DNA from: Planctomycetota bacterium | GTDB taxonomy: Bacteria > Planctomycetota > JAJSAM01 > JAJVHW01 | Direction of reading: 5' to 3' | Length of the DNA: 64,000 nucleotides | NCBI GenBank assembly: GCA_965248445.1 | Contig: CBDFJG010000004.1 | Location: forward strand, 160,001 to 224,000 | In this document: one piece after another, positions 42,423-53,615 of the stretch | How positions within the stretch are numbered: the first letter of the stretch is position 1 | Layout of the letters: every line of letters starts with the position of its first letter | Made by a program: the position numbers and the translations under genes | Notes under the pieces: model-generated | Database searches by the model: none | Seen by the model: the letters and a program-made list of their open reading frames with translations, nothing else | Told to the model about the DNA's origin: nothing

Positions 42423-45400
42423 TCAGGCGGACAGGGAGCGCACGAGAGCCTCGATCCGGGCCCGCGCGTCCCCATCGAGCGGCCGGCCACCGAAGCGCGC
42501 GGCGTCCAGGTCGCGTGCTGCGGGCAGGAGCGCCGCCATACCGGCGCCGGCCGCACCGACGACGCGGCCGGCCAGCTCGCCGCGTGTCTCGGCGGGCCCC
42601 CGCCGGAAACCGCGCCGGGCCAGCGCCCGCTCGAGCCGCTCGGACAGCAGGAGCGCCTCGCGCGCGGCAGGATCGATCGGTGTGCCGGGGCCGGCTCCCC
42701 GACCACGACGGATCAGGTAGGCGATCTGCGCCAGGAGAGCGGCGAGCACGAGCGCGGCGACCAGCAGGCGAATGCTCCGCGGTGTGCGCGAGAGCGTCGC
42801 GCGGAGCGCGCGAAGCGCGGCGGTTCCGCCGCCGCCGAGCAGCGCAGCCACGTCGTCAAGCGCTTGTTCGGCCCACTTCGCGGTGGGCCCGGTCGTCCCT
42901 CTCCCGGTGTCGCGGTCAGGATCGGGCGGGGTCGGGTCGAAGGCCACCCACCCGACATCCGCGAAGCGCACCTCGATCCACGCGTGCGTGTCGCGGGGCC
43001 GAACAACGTACGCGTTTCTTGCTGCGTCCCACTCGTGAACCGTGAACCCCGACACGATGCGAGCGGGCAGCCCTTGCGTGCGGAGCATCAGCGCGGCCGC
43101 AGTCGCGTAGTGCGTGCAGTACCCCTCGCGCCGTTCGAGAAGATCGACCACGCCGGCGGCGTTGACCGAGCGGGTCGTCTCGCGTGAGTACGAGAAGCCC
43201 CGCTGGAAGAAGGAGACCACCCGTTGCACGCGGTCGAGGTCGCTGCGGGCCCGACTCGTGATCCTCTTCGCCTCCGCGGCGACGCGTGTCAGCGCAGGCG
43301 TCGGCGGCGGTAGCTGCGTGTGCCAGCCCGACGACGCTTCGGTGTTCATCGAGTGGTCCACTCGCGATCCGCGACCGGGATCGCGTGCGCGGAGGTCGTA
43401 CGTGAACCACTCAGCGGGCGCCTCGTCGAGCACCGTGAACCGCTCGGGATCGTGGCGCAGTTCGGGAAGCCGCACGGCCTGAGTGTTCGCGGTCGCGAAC
43501 AGCAACGACCAGCCATGCGGCGGCACGGGCATGTCGTACTGCGATACGCGCAGTTCCACCGCATCGCGGTCGCTCACCGGCGAGCCGACCTGCGTCCAAC
43601 CGTCCGCAACGCCGTCGCTTCTGTCGAGTCGCTTGCCCGGCATCTTGATCGTGCTTGAGCGTGGTCCGCCGGGTCCGAAGCGAGCCATCGCGATGCCGCG
43701 CAGGAGCAGCGGACCGAGCCACCCCGCCGGAGTCGCGCTGCGCCGGGGCTCGACCTCCATGATGATCTCGTAGCCCGGCAGGGGGATGCCCTCGCCGGAG
43801 ACGCCGGAGGGGAACTCGTGCCGCAGTGCGGCAGCGGAGAGCAAGCCGCGACCGCCGTCCTCCGCCCGGCCGCCCTCGGCGAACTCTCGATCCTCGATCA
43901 GGTCGCCGCTCACGCTCAGCGAGCGGAGCGGCGCCCACGCGGCGAGTGGCTGCAGAACCACGAGGAGCGCTGCGAACACGGCGGTTGCCGCGATCGGGCG
44001 GAGGAACCGCCGCACGCGCGTTGTTCCCGCGGCGATGGAGCGCTTGGTGACCCGTGCTACGGCTGCGCGCCGGCGGGTCGAGAGCACCTCTCCCGCCGCG
44101 TTGAATGCGACCAGGGCGACCGCGAGCAGCGCCAGTCCGACGAGACCGCTCGGCAACGTGGCGAACGCCGCCACGGCGAGCGCGAGCGCGAGCGCGGGCA
44201 CGGAGGTGCGAGCACTCTCCGCCGGAAGGCGACCGATCGTGAACGACAGCGCGGCGAGGAGCACGACGACGGCCGCGAGCGAAACATCGTGCACCATCAC
44301 GGTGCCGAGGCCGACGACGGCCAGCGACACGAGACCGATCGGAGCCGCGCGCCGCAGGGACTTGGAAGGGCCCCGTCCTTCGAGCGCTGCCGCGAGACCC
44401 GGGAAGTGCGAGATGGCGAGAACAGCAAGCGGGGGCGCGCGCTCGGCGAGGAGCACGATCACGCCGATCACCAGCCCGAACACGCCGGCCACGTACACCA
44501 TGAGACTGGGCGCAGATCGTTCGGGCGCCCTCCGCGCTCGCCGGAACCGCCGGTGCCGAGCGCCGCGCCGCACCAGCGCGGCCCGCACGGACTCGCTGTC
44601 GACGTCGAGAACCCGCACCGCCGCGTCCCCCCACGTCTCCAGGTCACTCAGCCGCCCGCCGCCGGCCGTCACGACGATGACGTCCTCGCCGCGCACCGGA
44701 TGCAGACCAGCGACCGGCGTCTCCGGCTGTTCGGACACGACGCCGGCGAGCGTGCTCAGCATCGCGGGCAGCGCCGACCGTCCGCGGCGGGAGCGCGTGA
44801 CCGTGCGCTCCGGGCCGGCGAGTGAGAGCCGGACAGCGCGACGTTCGCCCAACTCGTGCGCGGCGACGGACGCTGTCAGCGTCACCGCGTCCTCGAACGC
44901 GCGGCGGCGTTCGCGTGTCGATCCAGCGACCCGCGGGTCCAGTACGACGTGCGTGGACGGCCGCTCCTCGCCGCGGAGTTCCCGCACCAGCAGATCGCCC
45001 CGGCGGGCGGAGAGGCGCCAGTGCACGTGCCGCAAGGACTCTCCCGGGCGCCACTCGCGAACGCCGAAAGGCTCCTGCGCTGCCCCCCGCGGGGACGGGG
45101 CTGCATCCACGGCCCCCGCACGCGGTGGGTGTTCGAGCGGAAGGTCTCGCAGCGCCACGACGCGGGGCAGCACCAGCAGGTCGGCCGCGACGTCGTGACG
45201 CGCCGTCGTGCAGAGGATGCCGAGCGGATCGGTGCTGTCGATGACGAGTGCCAGCCGCGAATGACGTCCACGCCGCGCGATGCGGTGCACGCCGCGAACG
45301 TGCATAGACTGACCCGGACGCAGAGCCGCCAGGAAACCGAGCGGTCGCGTGCCGGTCCCCACCACGACGCGCACCGTTGCGTCCTCGAGCACACCGAAGC

Positions 45401-45668
45401 GACCGGTGTGCTCGACCGGGACCCTCAGCTCGAACGGCTGCCCGGCGGTGCCGCTCGCCGGAAGCAGCGCGCCGATCTTCACGCGGCGCAGCGGCGTCCA
45501 CGCGAACAGCAGCCCGATGAGGAGGAGCGCGGCGAGCGCGGCAGCCACCGACGCCAGGGCGCCCCCGACGGTCCACGCCAGCAGCCACGCGAACAGCGCC
45601 GCCAGCGCCACGACGCGGCCACGGGCGGTCAGCGAGCGCGTGAGCGACGGCGGATCAGCTGGGGACAC
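42423..45668 (-). CDS. DUF58 domain fused to membrane and transglutaminase-like (TgpA-type) domains
   Basis: [22 protein letters not shown] (DUF58); GYCTHYA, HAWIEV, FDPTP (Cys-His-Asp triad); DUF4129-like tail. Confidence 0.82.
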   Translation of the reverse strand: MSPADPPSLTRSLTARGRVVALAALFAWLLAWTVGGALASVAAALAALLLIGLLFAWTPLRRVKIGALLPASGTAGQPFELRVPVEHTGRFGVLEDATVRVVVGTGTRPLGFLAALRPGQSMHVRGVHRIARRGRHSRLALVIDSTDPLGILCTTARHDVAADLLVLPRVVALRDLPLEHPPRAGAVDAAPSPRGAAQEPFGVREWRPGESLRHVHWRLSARRGDLLVRELRGEERPSTHVVLDPRVAGSTRERRRAFEDAVTLTASVAAHELGERRAVRLSLAGPERTVTRSRRGRSALPAMLSTLAGVVSEQPETPVAGLHPVRGEDVIVVTAGGGRLSDLETWGDAAVRVLDVDSESVRAALVRRGARHRRFRRARRAPERSAPSLMVYVAGVFGLVIGVIVLLAERAPPLAVLAISHFPGLAAALEGRGPSKSLRRAAPIGLVSLAVVGLGTVMVHDVSLAAVVVLLAALSFTIGRLPAESARTSVPALALALAVAAFATLPSGLVGLALLAVALVAFNAAGEVLSTRRRAAVARVTKRSIAAGTTRVRRFLRPIAATAVFAALLVVLQPLAAWAPLRSLSVSGDLIEDREFAEGGRAEDGGRGLLSAAALRHEFPSGVSGEGIPLPGYEIIMEVEPRRSATPAGWLGPLLLRGIAMARFGPGGPRSSTIKMPGKRLDRSDGVADGWTQVGSPVSDRDAVELRVSQYDMPVPPHGWSLLFATANTQAVRLPELRHDPERFTVLDEAPAEWFTYDLRARDPGRGSRVDHSMNTEASSGWHTQLPPPTPALTRVAAEAKRITSRARSDLDRVQRVVSFFQRGFSYSRETTRSVNAAGVVDLLERREGYCTHYATAAALMLRTQGLPARIVSGFTVHEWDAARNAYVVRPRDTHAWIEVRFADVGWVAFDPTPPDPDRDTGRGTTGPTAKWAEQALDDVAALLGGGGTAALRALRATLSRTPRSIRLLVAALVLAALLAQIAYLIRRGRGAGPGTPIDPAAREALLLSERLERALARRGFRRGPAETRGELAGRVVGAAGAGMAALLPAARDLDAARFGGRPLDGDARARIEALVRSLSA

Positions 45669-46599
45669 GCGTGGTCTCGAGCACCTCGTGGATCAGGGCC
45701 TCGGCATCCCGTCCGTCGGTGCCGCGCACCTGCCTGGGCACCACCCGGTGCGCCAGGACGGACACCGCCACCCGCTTCACATCGTCCGGCACGCAGTAGT
45801 CGCGCCCGTCGAGCGCGGCGTTCGCCTGCGCGGTGCGTCGCAGAGCCAGACCCGCCCGGGGGCTGAGGCCGACCAGGAAGCGGCCGTCGTCCCGCGTCGC
45901 TGCGAGCAGGTCGAGGACATACTCCACGAGCGAATCGTCCATCCGGATCGCGAGCACGGCTTCCCTCGCCGCGCTCACCTCGTCCTCCGTCATGACGGAC
46001 TGCACGCTCGCGAGGAGGTCGGTCCCGGCATGATCAAGGAGCACGCGCCGTTCGGCGTCGCGGTCCGGGTACCCCATGCGGACGCGGAGAACGAAGCGAT
46101 CGAGCTGCGACTCGGGCAGTGGATACGTGCCCTCGAACTCGAGCGGATTCTGCGTCGCGATCACGAAGAACGGCTGCGGCAGCGTGTACGTCTCACCGTC
46201 CACGGTGACGCGTCCCTCCGCCATGCACTCGAGCAACGCGGATTGCGTGCGGGGACTCGTGCGGTTCAGTTCGTCTGCCAGGACGACGTGGCCGAAGATC
46301 GGTCCGCGCTGGAACACGAACTCGCCTCGTGCGCTGTCGTGCACGGACACGCCAAGGACGTCGGCCGGCAACAGGTCCGATGTGAACTGGATGCGGCGGA
46401 ACGAGAGGCCCACCGATTGTGCGAGCGCGCGCGCGAGCGTCGTCTTGCCCGTACCCGGCGCGTCCTCGATGAGGACGTGCCCGCCGGCGAGCAATCCGAT
46501 GGTCGCGAGCGTCACGGCGTCGCGCTTCCCGAAGATCACCCGCTCGACGCTCTCGATGATGCGCGGCAGCTTTGCCAGCGCGGAACCGGAGGCGGCCAT
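45655..46599 (-). CDS. MoxR family AAA+ ATPase
   Basis: EDAPGTGKT, RIQFTSDLLPAD, DELNR, ATQNP, YPLPESQLDRF. Confidence 0.93.
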   Translation of the reverse strand: MAASGSALAKLPRIIESVERVIFGKRDAVTLATIGLLAGGHVLIEDAPGTGKTTLARALAQSVGLSFRRIQFTSDLLPADVLGVSVHDSARGEFVFQRGPIFGHVVLADELNRTSPRTQSALLECMAEGRVTVDGETYTLPQPFFVIATQNPLEFEGTYPLPESQLDRFVLRVRMGYPDRDAERRVLLDHAGTDLLASVQSVMTEDEVSAAREAVLAIRMDDSLVEYVLDLLAATRDDGRFLVGLSPRAGLALRRTAQANAALDGRDYCVPDDVKRVAVSVLAHRVVPRQVRGTDGRDAEALIHEVLETTRVPS

Positions 46600-46733
46600 C
46601 TCCCCTCCCTCCTCATCCGGACTGGCTGGCCCGGTAGTACCCGGGAGAGACGGGCAATGCGCACCCGCGGCTCCCTCTCTCCGCATCCTAGCAGTCCGTT
46701 GAAAACACGGCGGGCCACGATCTCGCAAGCGGG

Positions 46734-47681
46734 CTATTCGGGAACTACGCGCCTGCCGCTCTCGTATCGCTCGCGGAGCTTGACGTTGCCGGCGGTCGTG
46801 TACTCCACGTACTCCCCGTCCAGCTTGCCGCCTGCGTACCGCCCCTCGGCCTCGACCATCCCGGTCACGCTCCACCACGTCGCTTCCCCGTTGCGAGTGC
46901 CGTCGTGATAGGCGATGGACCAGGCCGGGTCGCCGGATTCGTGCCACCCGCGATTGACGCCCACCTCGCGGCCGGCGTCGAAGAACGACTCCTCGGCGAG
47001 GACGCCGTTCTCGTGGAAGCGGCGCAGCGGACCGTCCAGCTGTCCATTGACGAACGTGCGCGTCATCTTGACGACACCGTTCTCGTGCCACGCGGTCCAA
47101 GTGCCGTCCATCTCGCCCTCGGCGTAACCGCCGACGAACTTGTTGGAGCCGTCAGCGTTCCAGCCGGCCTCGCGCCCGTGCTTCTCGCCGTTCTTGTACT
47201 CCGCCTCCACGCGGCTCCCGCTCACGTACGTCTCGGTCCAGAGCCCGTTCCGCACTCCGTCGACGAAGTTGCCCTCGCGAAACACGGTTCCGTCGGGGTG
47301 GTACGAGATGAACACGCCGTTCTGCGCGTCGCCGACGGGTTGCGGTCCGCCGAGCGGCGCAAGGCGGCGGACGCGCGCTTCCTGGCGCTTGCGTTCCTCG
47401 CGCTGAACCCGCCGTAGTTCGGCCAATTCGGTGAGCTTGCGCACCGCCTCCGCCTGCGCTTCGCGGGCCGCGCCGACGCGCACGCGCTCGCGTGACGGTC
47501 GCTGCGCCGGCGCGTCGGTCCGGGGGACAGCCAGACCGTCCTCTGCCGTCGGCGCGACGGCGGAGCGATGCGTCTCCGGCCCCGGCTCCGACTCCGACTC
47601 CGGCCGCAGGACGACGAACGTCGCCGCCACTCCGCCCCCGACGAGCAGAAGGACTGCAACGAGAACGGCCGCCGCGCGCAT
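46734..47681 (-). CDS. Membrane-anchored MORN-variant repeat protein (YwqK-like)
   Basis: Repeated G...NG.W..(Y/W)HENG units after an N-terminal TM helix. Confidence 0.8.
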   Translation of the reverse strand: MRAAAVLVAVLLLVGGGVAATFVVLRPESESEPGPETHRSAVAPTAEDGLAVPRTDAPAQRPSRERVRVGAAREAQAEAVRKLTELAELRRVQREERKRQEARVRRLAPLGGPQPVGDAQNGVFISYHPDGTVFREGNFVDGVRNGLWTETYVSGSRVEAEYKNGEKHGREAGWNADGSNKFVGGYAEGEMDGTWTAWHENGVVKMTRTFVNGQLDGPLRRFHENGVLAEESFFDAGREVGVNRGWHESGDPAWSIAYHDGTRNGEATWWSVTGMVEAEGRYAGGKLDGEYVEYTTAGNVKLRERYESGRRVVPE

Positions 47682-47726
47682 GCAAGTGAGGCTAGCGCAC
47701 GGCGGCCGTCGGGATGGAAGAGTGGT

Positions 47727-48746
47727 TTACTCGTCCTTCGGAGGCGTGGTGCCCTCGTCCTTGGTCGCGGCGCCGCCGGTGACGGGCACCTTGGCCTTCG
47801 CCTCGCCGACCGTCAGGGTCCGGTCCACGTCGAACGATCCGTTCTCCCCGCCCATCGCGGAGAGGTCGATCTTCGCGCGCAGCGCGATCTTCTCGTTCGT
47901 GGCGAACCCCGTCTTCCGCGAGAGCGTGCCCTCGAGCGTCACGCTCGGGTCGGTGATCGGGATCATCCCGTTCATCAGCCCGCCTTCGACCGAGCCGCCG
48001 CCCTTCGCCGTGTACGTGACCGCGTCAGCCGTGACCGTCGTCACCGTGTACTCGATGTCGAGGTCGAACTTGACGCCCTGGATGGACATCTTGCGCTTGC
48101 CCTTCCACGTCGACCCGACGGCGACGTCGTCGGACGGAAGCTGCGGGAAGACGTTCGACATCTCTTCGCGCAGGTCGGCGGCAGGATCGCCCTGCATCGC
48201 GGCCTGCGGATTCGCCTCGAGGATCTCGGCGGCGATTTCGTCAGCGCCCTTGACCTCGGTCACCTCTGCGGTCGGCGACAGCACGAGCGTCATCTTGCTG
48301 TCGATCAGCGGCGCCATCGACTCGGAGATCGAACCGGCAATGGGATGGTCCGCACCGAGACTCGGATCTGCGGAGTCGAAACTCCCGGGGGGACCGGCCT
48401 GCGGGATGTCCAGGTCGCCGTGAATGCGCTTGTAGACCATCTCGAGGTCTGTCGACTTCGCCTCCGTCTCGGCAGCCGACGTCGGCACGCCGACAACTGT
48501 CGCCGAGTACTGCGTGGTCACCGCGACCAGCGACGCCGACTCCTGACCGCCCATGTTGATGAGCGTCTTCATGTCCTCTTTCACCACGACGTCCAACTCG
48601 CGATTGAGTGGCATGTTGAGCGCCAGCTTGATCTTCTCGACGGCGGGCGGCGCAGCGGCGGGCGCGTCCTGTGCCAACGCCGGCGCGAACTGCACGCTCG
48701 CGAGGAGCACGGGAACCACCAAGAACAGACGCGAGAGAGTGCGCAT
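47727..48746 (-). CDS. Secreted hypothetical protein (DUF6263-like)
   Basis: Signal peptide ALA-Q; FDS, EVKG and FPQLP...VAVGSTW motifs; GGAG RBS. Confidence 0.65.
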   Translation of the reverse strand: MRTLSRLFLVVPVLLASVQFAPALAQDAPAAAPPAVEKIKLALNMPLNRELDVVVKEDMKTLINMGGQESASLVAVTTQYSATVVGVPTSAAETEAKSTDLEMVYKRIHGDLDIPQAGPPGSFDSADPSLGADHPIAGSISESMAPLIDSKMTLVLSPTAEVTEVKGADEIAAEILEANPQAAMQGDPAADLREEMSNVFPQLPSDDVAVGSTWKGKRKMSIQGVKFDLDIEYTVTTVTADAVTYTAKGGGSVEGGLMNGMIPITDPSVTLEGTLSRKTGFATNEKIALRAKIDLSAMGGENGSFDVDRTLTVGEAKAKVPVTGGAATKDEGTTPPKDE

Positions 48747-48954
48747 TGAGAGCTCCAGAGAGAGGGAGTGAGGGGCAAGAGAAAGGAAGTGACGGGGCTG
48801 TGCGGACCGCCGAGTGCCGCGGCGAGCGGAGGGTCCGGCCGGAGGAACCGACGAATCTAACCGCCCTCGAACCCCCGGGTTCAGCTTCCAGGGAGCGTCG
48901 TCCATCGCTCGGCAGCTGGGTTCGGAGCGGCGAGAGTGGAGTCCGGAGGCCATC

Positions 48955-49884
48955 TTGATCGTCTCGTTCACCCCCAATCCCGCGCTCGACCTGACCCTCG
49001 AGGTCGAGGATGTCGAGATCGGCGGCGTCAACCGCACCGAGGCCTCCCACCTGGACCCGGGAGGCAAGGGCATCAACGTCTCCCGCGTCGTCCATCGCCT
49101 GGGTGGCGAGACCGTCGCGCTGGGTGTCCTGGGAGGGCACATCGGCAAGCTCGCCGAGCGGGCGCTGCGCAAGGAGGGTGTTCCCACGGAGATGGTCTGG
49201 ATACGCGCCGAGACACGCCTCAACGTGATCCTCCACGACACGCTGAGTGACGCCGGCACCCGCGTGTACGACAGGGGTCCGCCGGCAGGCGTCTCGGGCC
49301 TCGAACGCGTGGACGAGATGCTCGATCGCTGGCTGCCGCGCGCGGACGTGTTGGTCACGACCGGGTCGCTGCTCCCGGGCATGCCCGAGGATCTGCATCG
49401 CCGGATTCTCGCGCAGTCCAAGGATCACGGCACGCGCACGATCCTCGATAGCTCCGGCACCGTGCTGGCGGCCGCGCTGGACGCCGGCCCGGACCTCATC
49501 AAACCGAACGCACAAGAGGCCGGCGACATCCTGGGCCGCACACTCGACAGCGAGGACGACGTTCTCCGCGCGGCGGAGGAACTGCGAGCACGAGGCGCCG
49601 GCGCCGTCGTCATCTCGCGCGGGCGATACGGATCGATCCTCGCGTCCGACGAGGGACTGTTCCGCGCGGTCCCCCCCGGTGTCGAGCTCAACAGCACGGT
49701 GGGCTCCGGGGACTCGATGGTCGCCGCGCTGGCGCTCGCGATGGTGCGGGGCGAACCGCTCTCCGAGGGGCTCCGCCTCGGATCGGCGGCCGGCGCTGCC
49801 ACCGCGGCCTCGCGGGGCACGCAGCTGGGCACGGCCGAGGAGATCCGGGAGCTGCTGCCAGGCGTCGTGCTCGAAGAGATGTGA
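48955..49884 (+). CDS. 1-phosphofructokinase-family (PfkB) hexose kinase
   Basis: NPALD, GGKGINVSR, IKPNAQE, STVGSGDS; TTG start with GGAGG RBS. Confidence 0.9.
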   Translation: MIVSFTPNPALDLTLEVEDVEIGGVNRTEASHLDPGGKGINVSRVVHRLGGETVALGVLGGHIGKLAERALRKEGVPTEMVWIRAETRLNVILHDTLSDAGTRVYDRGPPAGVSGLERVDEMLDRWLPRADVLVTTGSLLPGMPEDLHRRILAQSKDHGTRTILDSSGTVLAAALDAGPDLIKPNAQEAGDILGRTLDSEDDVLRAAEELRARGAGAVVISRGRYGSILASDEGLFRAVPPGVELNSTVGSGDSMVAALALAMVRGEPLSEGLRLGSAAGAATAASRGTQLGTAEEIRELLPGVVLEEM

Positions 49885-49921
49885 TCCAAAGGCGCACCTC
49901 GTCCGTTTCATGAGATTGAAG

Positions 49922-51304
49922 ATGTCCCCGAGAAACCTGCACCCCCCGCTCGCCGTGTCGCTCACCCGGTCGCTCGCCGCCGCAGCGCTGCTGCTCGCGC
50001 CGGCGATCGGCCACGCACAGGACGACTCCCCCGAGGCGGTCCGCCGCCGCGCGCTCCGCCGGACTCCCGTTGTGGAAGCCGTCGAGAAGGCCGCTCCGTC
50101 GGTCGTCTCGATCGGGACGACACAACTCGTCCGCGTGCGCCGGTTCTGGGAGTGGGAGTTCCTCGTACAGGAGAGACCGGGAGCGCTCGGCTCCGGCGTG
50201 ATCGTGCACCCCGACGGTTACGTCATCACCAACGCGCACGTGATCAACCAGGCCGAGCAAATCGCCGTCAAACTCACGGGTCTGGGCGACGACGACACCG
50301 AGATCGCCGCCACGCTGATCGACGTCGACCTCGAGCACGATCTCGCGCTCATCAAGATGGACACTCCGGGTCCGTACCCTGCCGCCAGATTCGGGCGGAC
50401 AGACGACCTCATGGTCGGCGAGACGGTCATCGCGATGGGCAGTCCGTTCGGGCTCGGGCGAACGGTGACGACCGGCGTCGTCTCCGCGCTCAGCCGCGAC
50501 ATCCACATCCGTGACCAGCTGTTCGAGGGGATGATCCAGGCGGACGCGCTGGTGAACCAGGGGAACAGCGGCGGTGCGCTGCTCAACATCCTCGGCGAGT
50601 GGATCGGCGTGAACTCCGCGATCTACTCGCTCTCGGGTGGTTCGGACGGCATCAGCTTCGCCATCCCCATTGAGACGGCGCGAGCGTTCGTGGTACGCGC
50701 GATGCGGCCGCGCAACATCGCCAATCGCTGGCTCGGCCTCGAGTTCGGCGAGCACGCGAACGGCCGTGTGTTCGTCAGCAAGGTGTATCCCGTCGGCCCC
50801 GCGAACGGGAAGGGCGCGCACGAGGGTGCACTGGTGCTCGGTCCGGACGGCAAGCCGTTGACGGATCTGATTGCACTGACGTTCGCCGTCCTCGCTGCCG
50901 CAGACGAGGGAGCGTTCGAGTTCCGCGTGCGCGGAGACCGCGAGATTCGCACGGTGCGCATCCCGTTCACCCCGCTCCCGACGGAGAAGCTGTCCTGGCT
51001 GCGCGTCGGCGTACGCGTCGCGGAAGTCACACCCAAAATCACCGAGAAGACCAACTTCCGCGAGGGTGCAGGCGTCATGGTCCTGGACGTCCGCAAAGAC
51101 GGCCCCGCGCAGCGCGTCGGTGTGCGCCCGGGAGACCTCCTCATCGGCATCGGCGGGACGCCGATCCGGTCGCTGGAGCACGTCCTCGTGACCCTCCAGG
51201 GGGCCGGCGCGGGCGACCTGCTCGACGTCCGCATGATCCGCCGCAATCAGACCCGCTTCGGGGTGAGTTTCGAGCCCTGGAAGGCCACGCTGGCGGCAGA
51301 CTGA
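49922..51304 (+). CDS. HtrA/DegP-family serine protease with PDZ domains
   Basis: Triad ITNAHV, DLALIK, GNSGG; C-terminal PDZ (GPAQRVGVRPGDLL). Start uncertain (49910 or 49922). Confidence 0.9.
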   Translation: MSPRNLHPPLAVSLTRSLAAAALLLAPAIGHAQDDSPEAVRRRALRRTPVVEAVEKAAPSVVSIGTTQLVRVRRFWEWEFLVQERPGALGSGVIVHPDGYVITNAHVINQAEQIAVKLTGLGDDDTEIAATLIDVDLEHDLALIKMDTPGPYPAARFGRTDDLMVGETVIAMGSPFGLGRTVTTGVVSALSRDIHIRDQLFEGMIQADALVNQGNSGGALLNILGEWIGVNSAIYSLSGGSDGISFAIPIETARAFVVRAMRPRNIANRWLGLEFGEHANGRVFVSKVYPVGPANGKGAHEGALVLGPDGKPLTDLIALTFAVLAAADEGAFEFRVRGDREIRTVRIPFTPLPTEKLSWLRVGVRVAEVTPKITEKTNFREGAGVMVLDVRKDGPAQRVGVRPGDLLIGIGGTPIRSLEHVLVTLQGAGAGDLLDVRMIRRNQTRFGVSFEPWKATLAAD

Positions 51305-51358
51305 AGCTCGGGCTCATGCGAGGCTGGGCGGAATCCCGAAGGAATCGTCGGATCCGTC

Positions 51359-51775
51359 ATGTCGAACTCCCAGAACGCTGCAGGCCAGGACCAGCGTGTG
51401 GAACCCAGTTCCGCACCCGGCGTGATCGACTGGAATAGCCTGCGTGAACTGGCGGCCGCCTTCGGTCCGGCCGCGCCTGAACAGATCGCCGAGTGCATCG
51501 GACTGTTTCGGGACAGCGCCTCGGATCTGCTCCGCCAGGTTGCCAACGCACTCGACGGCCCGGACGTCGCCAACGCGGCGGCTCCCGCGCACGCGCTGAT
51601 CGGATCGGCAGGGATGCTCGGCGCAAGGCGCCTGGCGACGGCAGCGAGACACATCCAGGTGGCGGCGCAGAACACCGCTCCGGTCGTCGAGCTGCGCCTC
51701 TTGCTGTGTCGCGCCGCAGCCGAGCTTGCCTACGTCGAGGACGCCCTCGACCACCTGCCCCCCGACCTACGCTAG
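51359..51775 (+). CDS. Stand-alone Hpt (histidine phosphotransfer) domain protein
   Basis: AHALIGSAGMLGA resembles the AHxLKGS Hpt motif; predicted helical. Confidence 0.7.
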   Translation: MSNSQNAAGQDQRVEPSSAPGVIDWNSLRELAAAFGPAAPEQIAECIGLFRDSASDLLRQVANALDGPDVANAAAPAHALIGSAGMLGARRLATAARHIQVAAQNTAPVVELRLLLCRAAAELAYVEDALDHLPPDLR

Positions 51776-51870
51776 CGCGGCCGGCCTCATGCTGTCCCGC
51801 TGCGGGACGGTGCCGGCTCGCCCGCATGCAGACCGATTCCCGAAACGCGGGAACCGATAGCCTCCGCGCG

Positions 51871-52248
51871 ATGAGCGGACTCGACACACCCTTCGATCGC
51901 GTGGTCGCCACCGTTCGGCCCGGCACGCGGCTGCGCACGCCGGACGACCGGACAGGCAGGCCGTTCATCGTCGACGTCGTGGATGGCGAGGGCGTGCTGG
52001 TCAAGACGTACAGCGGCGGGCGCGTGAGAATCGGCCTGTTCACGTTCGACACCGCGGTCAAGTACCTCGATGACATGGGCGTGCGCGGCGAAAAGTGGAT
52101 GCCCGTGAAGGACGACCTCTTCCAGGCGATCCTCAACTCGGAGAACGACCGCGTGCGCGCATCCTCGTACGTGGTCGCGATCCTCGGCGCCGCGGGGGTG
52201 ATCGACGTCGACGGCAGCCGGCCGAACCGAGTCCGGATCGCCGGGTGA
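51871..52248 (+). CDS. Hypothetical protein (125 aa)
   Basis: Strong GC3 bias, TAGCCT 7 nt before the ATG, GTGA overlap with the next gene. Confidence 0.7.
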   Translation: MSGLDTPFDRVVATVRPGTRLRTPDDRTGRPFIVDVVDGEGVLVKTYSGGRVRIGLFTFDTAVKYLDDMGVRGEKWMPVKDDLFQAILNSENDRVRASSYVVAILGAAGVIDVDGSRPNRVRIAG

Positions 52249-53615
52249 AGACCGCCGCGGCCGCGTTGCTCCTGCTTCTCGGCGCTTGCAGCTCGCAGGC
52301 CGAGGACGGCGGCGCGCTGGTGCTCCGGCACGTTGTCACACCCGACGCGAGGCTCCGCGCCAGCGACGTACATGTGACCTTCGACGGGCGGCAGCCGAGT
52401 ACGTTGCGACTCGCGCGAAAGGCGACGGGCGCCGCACTGACCGACCTGCGCGCGCAGCCCGGCGACAGGCCGCTCGCCCTCGACGACGGACGGATCGCGC
52501 TCGAACCCGGCGTCTCCGGCATCACCTACCGCGTGCTCCACGACTTGGTCCCTGACACACGACCGCGAGCCGTGCTGTTGGGCGACGACGCCGTCGCCAT
52601 CGAGGCAGACCTGCTGCTCGTGCGTGCCGATGGCGGCGCCGACGTGACCGTGTCGTTCGCGCCGCCGGAGGGTGTCGCGGTCGCGAGTCCGCTCGGAGAA
52701 GGCGACGGAACGGGCAGCATACGCGTGCCACGCTCGGCATTCTCATCAGTCTGCTACGTCACGTTCAGTCACCGCCCGGTGCAGCGGTTCCAGCGCGCAG
52801 GAGTCCAAATCGACGTCACCCGGCTGCGCGACACGGCGCTGACGGACGCCGACGTCGAACGGTGGATCGGAGACGCTGTCGAGCAGGTCGTCGGAGCGTT
52901 CGGGCGCCTGCGGTCGTCGCGACTGCTCGTGATCCTCTCCCCCACGACCGGCGGCGGTGAGCCGCGCTTCGGCGTCGCGTACCACGGCGGCGGCGAGACG
53001 CTGCTGCTCCACATCGGCGAAAAGACCAACGCCGCGGACGTGCTGGACGACTGGATCGGGCAACACGAGTCCGTGCACACCGGCGTGCCGAAGTTCCGCA
53101 AGGAGGACGCCTGGTTGTCCGAGGGCCTCGCGACGTACTATCAGGCCGTGTTGCGCGCACGGAGCGGCCACCTGAGCGAGGCGGACGCATGGTGGGAACT
53201 CGTGGACGGCTTCCGCCGGGGTGGATCCAAAGCGGGGAGTCACACGCTTGCGAACGAGAGCGCGGAGATGGGCCGGCGGCACGCGTACTGGCGCGTGTAC
53301 TGGTCGGGCGCCGCCATCGCGCTCCTCTGGGACGTCGAACTCCGTCGCGAGCACGGGCGGACGCTCGATCAGGCGCTGTCCGCGTTGAACGATGCGCCCG
53401 GCGCAGACGGCTCGCTCGCAGCGCGAGACGCGCTCGAGTTCATGGACGCCTGGCTCGGTGAACCACTGTTCAGCCGCATCGCCGACGCGCACCTCGAGTC
53501 GACCGCGTTCCCGGAGGTGAGCGACACGCTGACCCACCTCGGCGCGCGCCTCGACGGTGTGGACGACGCGGCGCCGGGCGCCTCGATTCGCCGCGCCATC
53601 GGCAGCAGCCGGTGA
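52245..53615 (+). CDS. M61-like gluzincin metallopeptidase, lipoprotein
   Basis: Lipobox LGAC; HESVH followed by WLSEGLATYY; RVYWSGA. Confidence 0.78.
   Translation: MKTAAAALLLLLGACSSQAEDGGALVLRHVVTPDARLRASDVHVTFDGRQPSTLRLARKATGAALTDLRAQPGDRPLALDDGRIALEPGVSGITYRVLHDLVPDTRPRAVLLGDDAVAIEADLLLVRADGGADVTVSFAPPEGVAVASPLGEGDGTGSIRVPRSAFSSVCYVTFSHRPVQRFQRAGVQIDVTRLRDTALTDADVERWIGDAVEQVVGAFGRLRSSRLLVILSPTTGGGEPRFGVAYHGGGETLLLHIGEKTNAADVLDDWIGQHESVHTGVPKFRKEDAWLSEGLATYYQAVLRARSGHLSEADAWWELVDGFRRGGSKAGSHTLANESAEMGRRHAYWRVYWSGAAIALLWDVELRREHGRTLDQALSALNDAPGADGSLAARDALEFMDAWLGEPLFSRIADAHLESTAFPEVSDTLTHLGARLDGVDDAAPGASIRRAIGSSR

Noticed and set aside
46734..47681. Toxin-antitoxin system suggested by YwqK-like repeats
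   Set aside because: No adjacent toxin gene; these MORN-variant repeats are widespread and the protein is membrane-anchored.
48747..48795. Strong purine/pyrimidine strand skew
   Set aside because: Pyrimidine-rich 5' UTR of the minus-strand gene; no RNA structure or family recognised.
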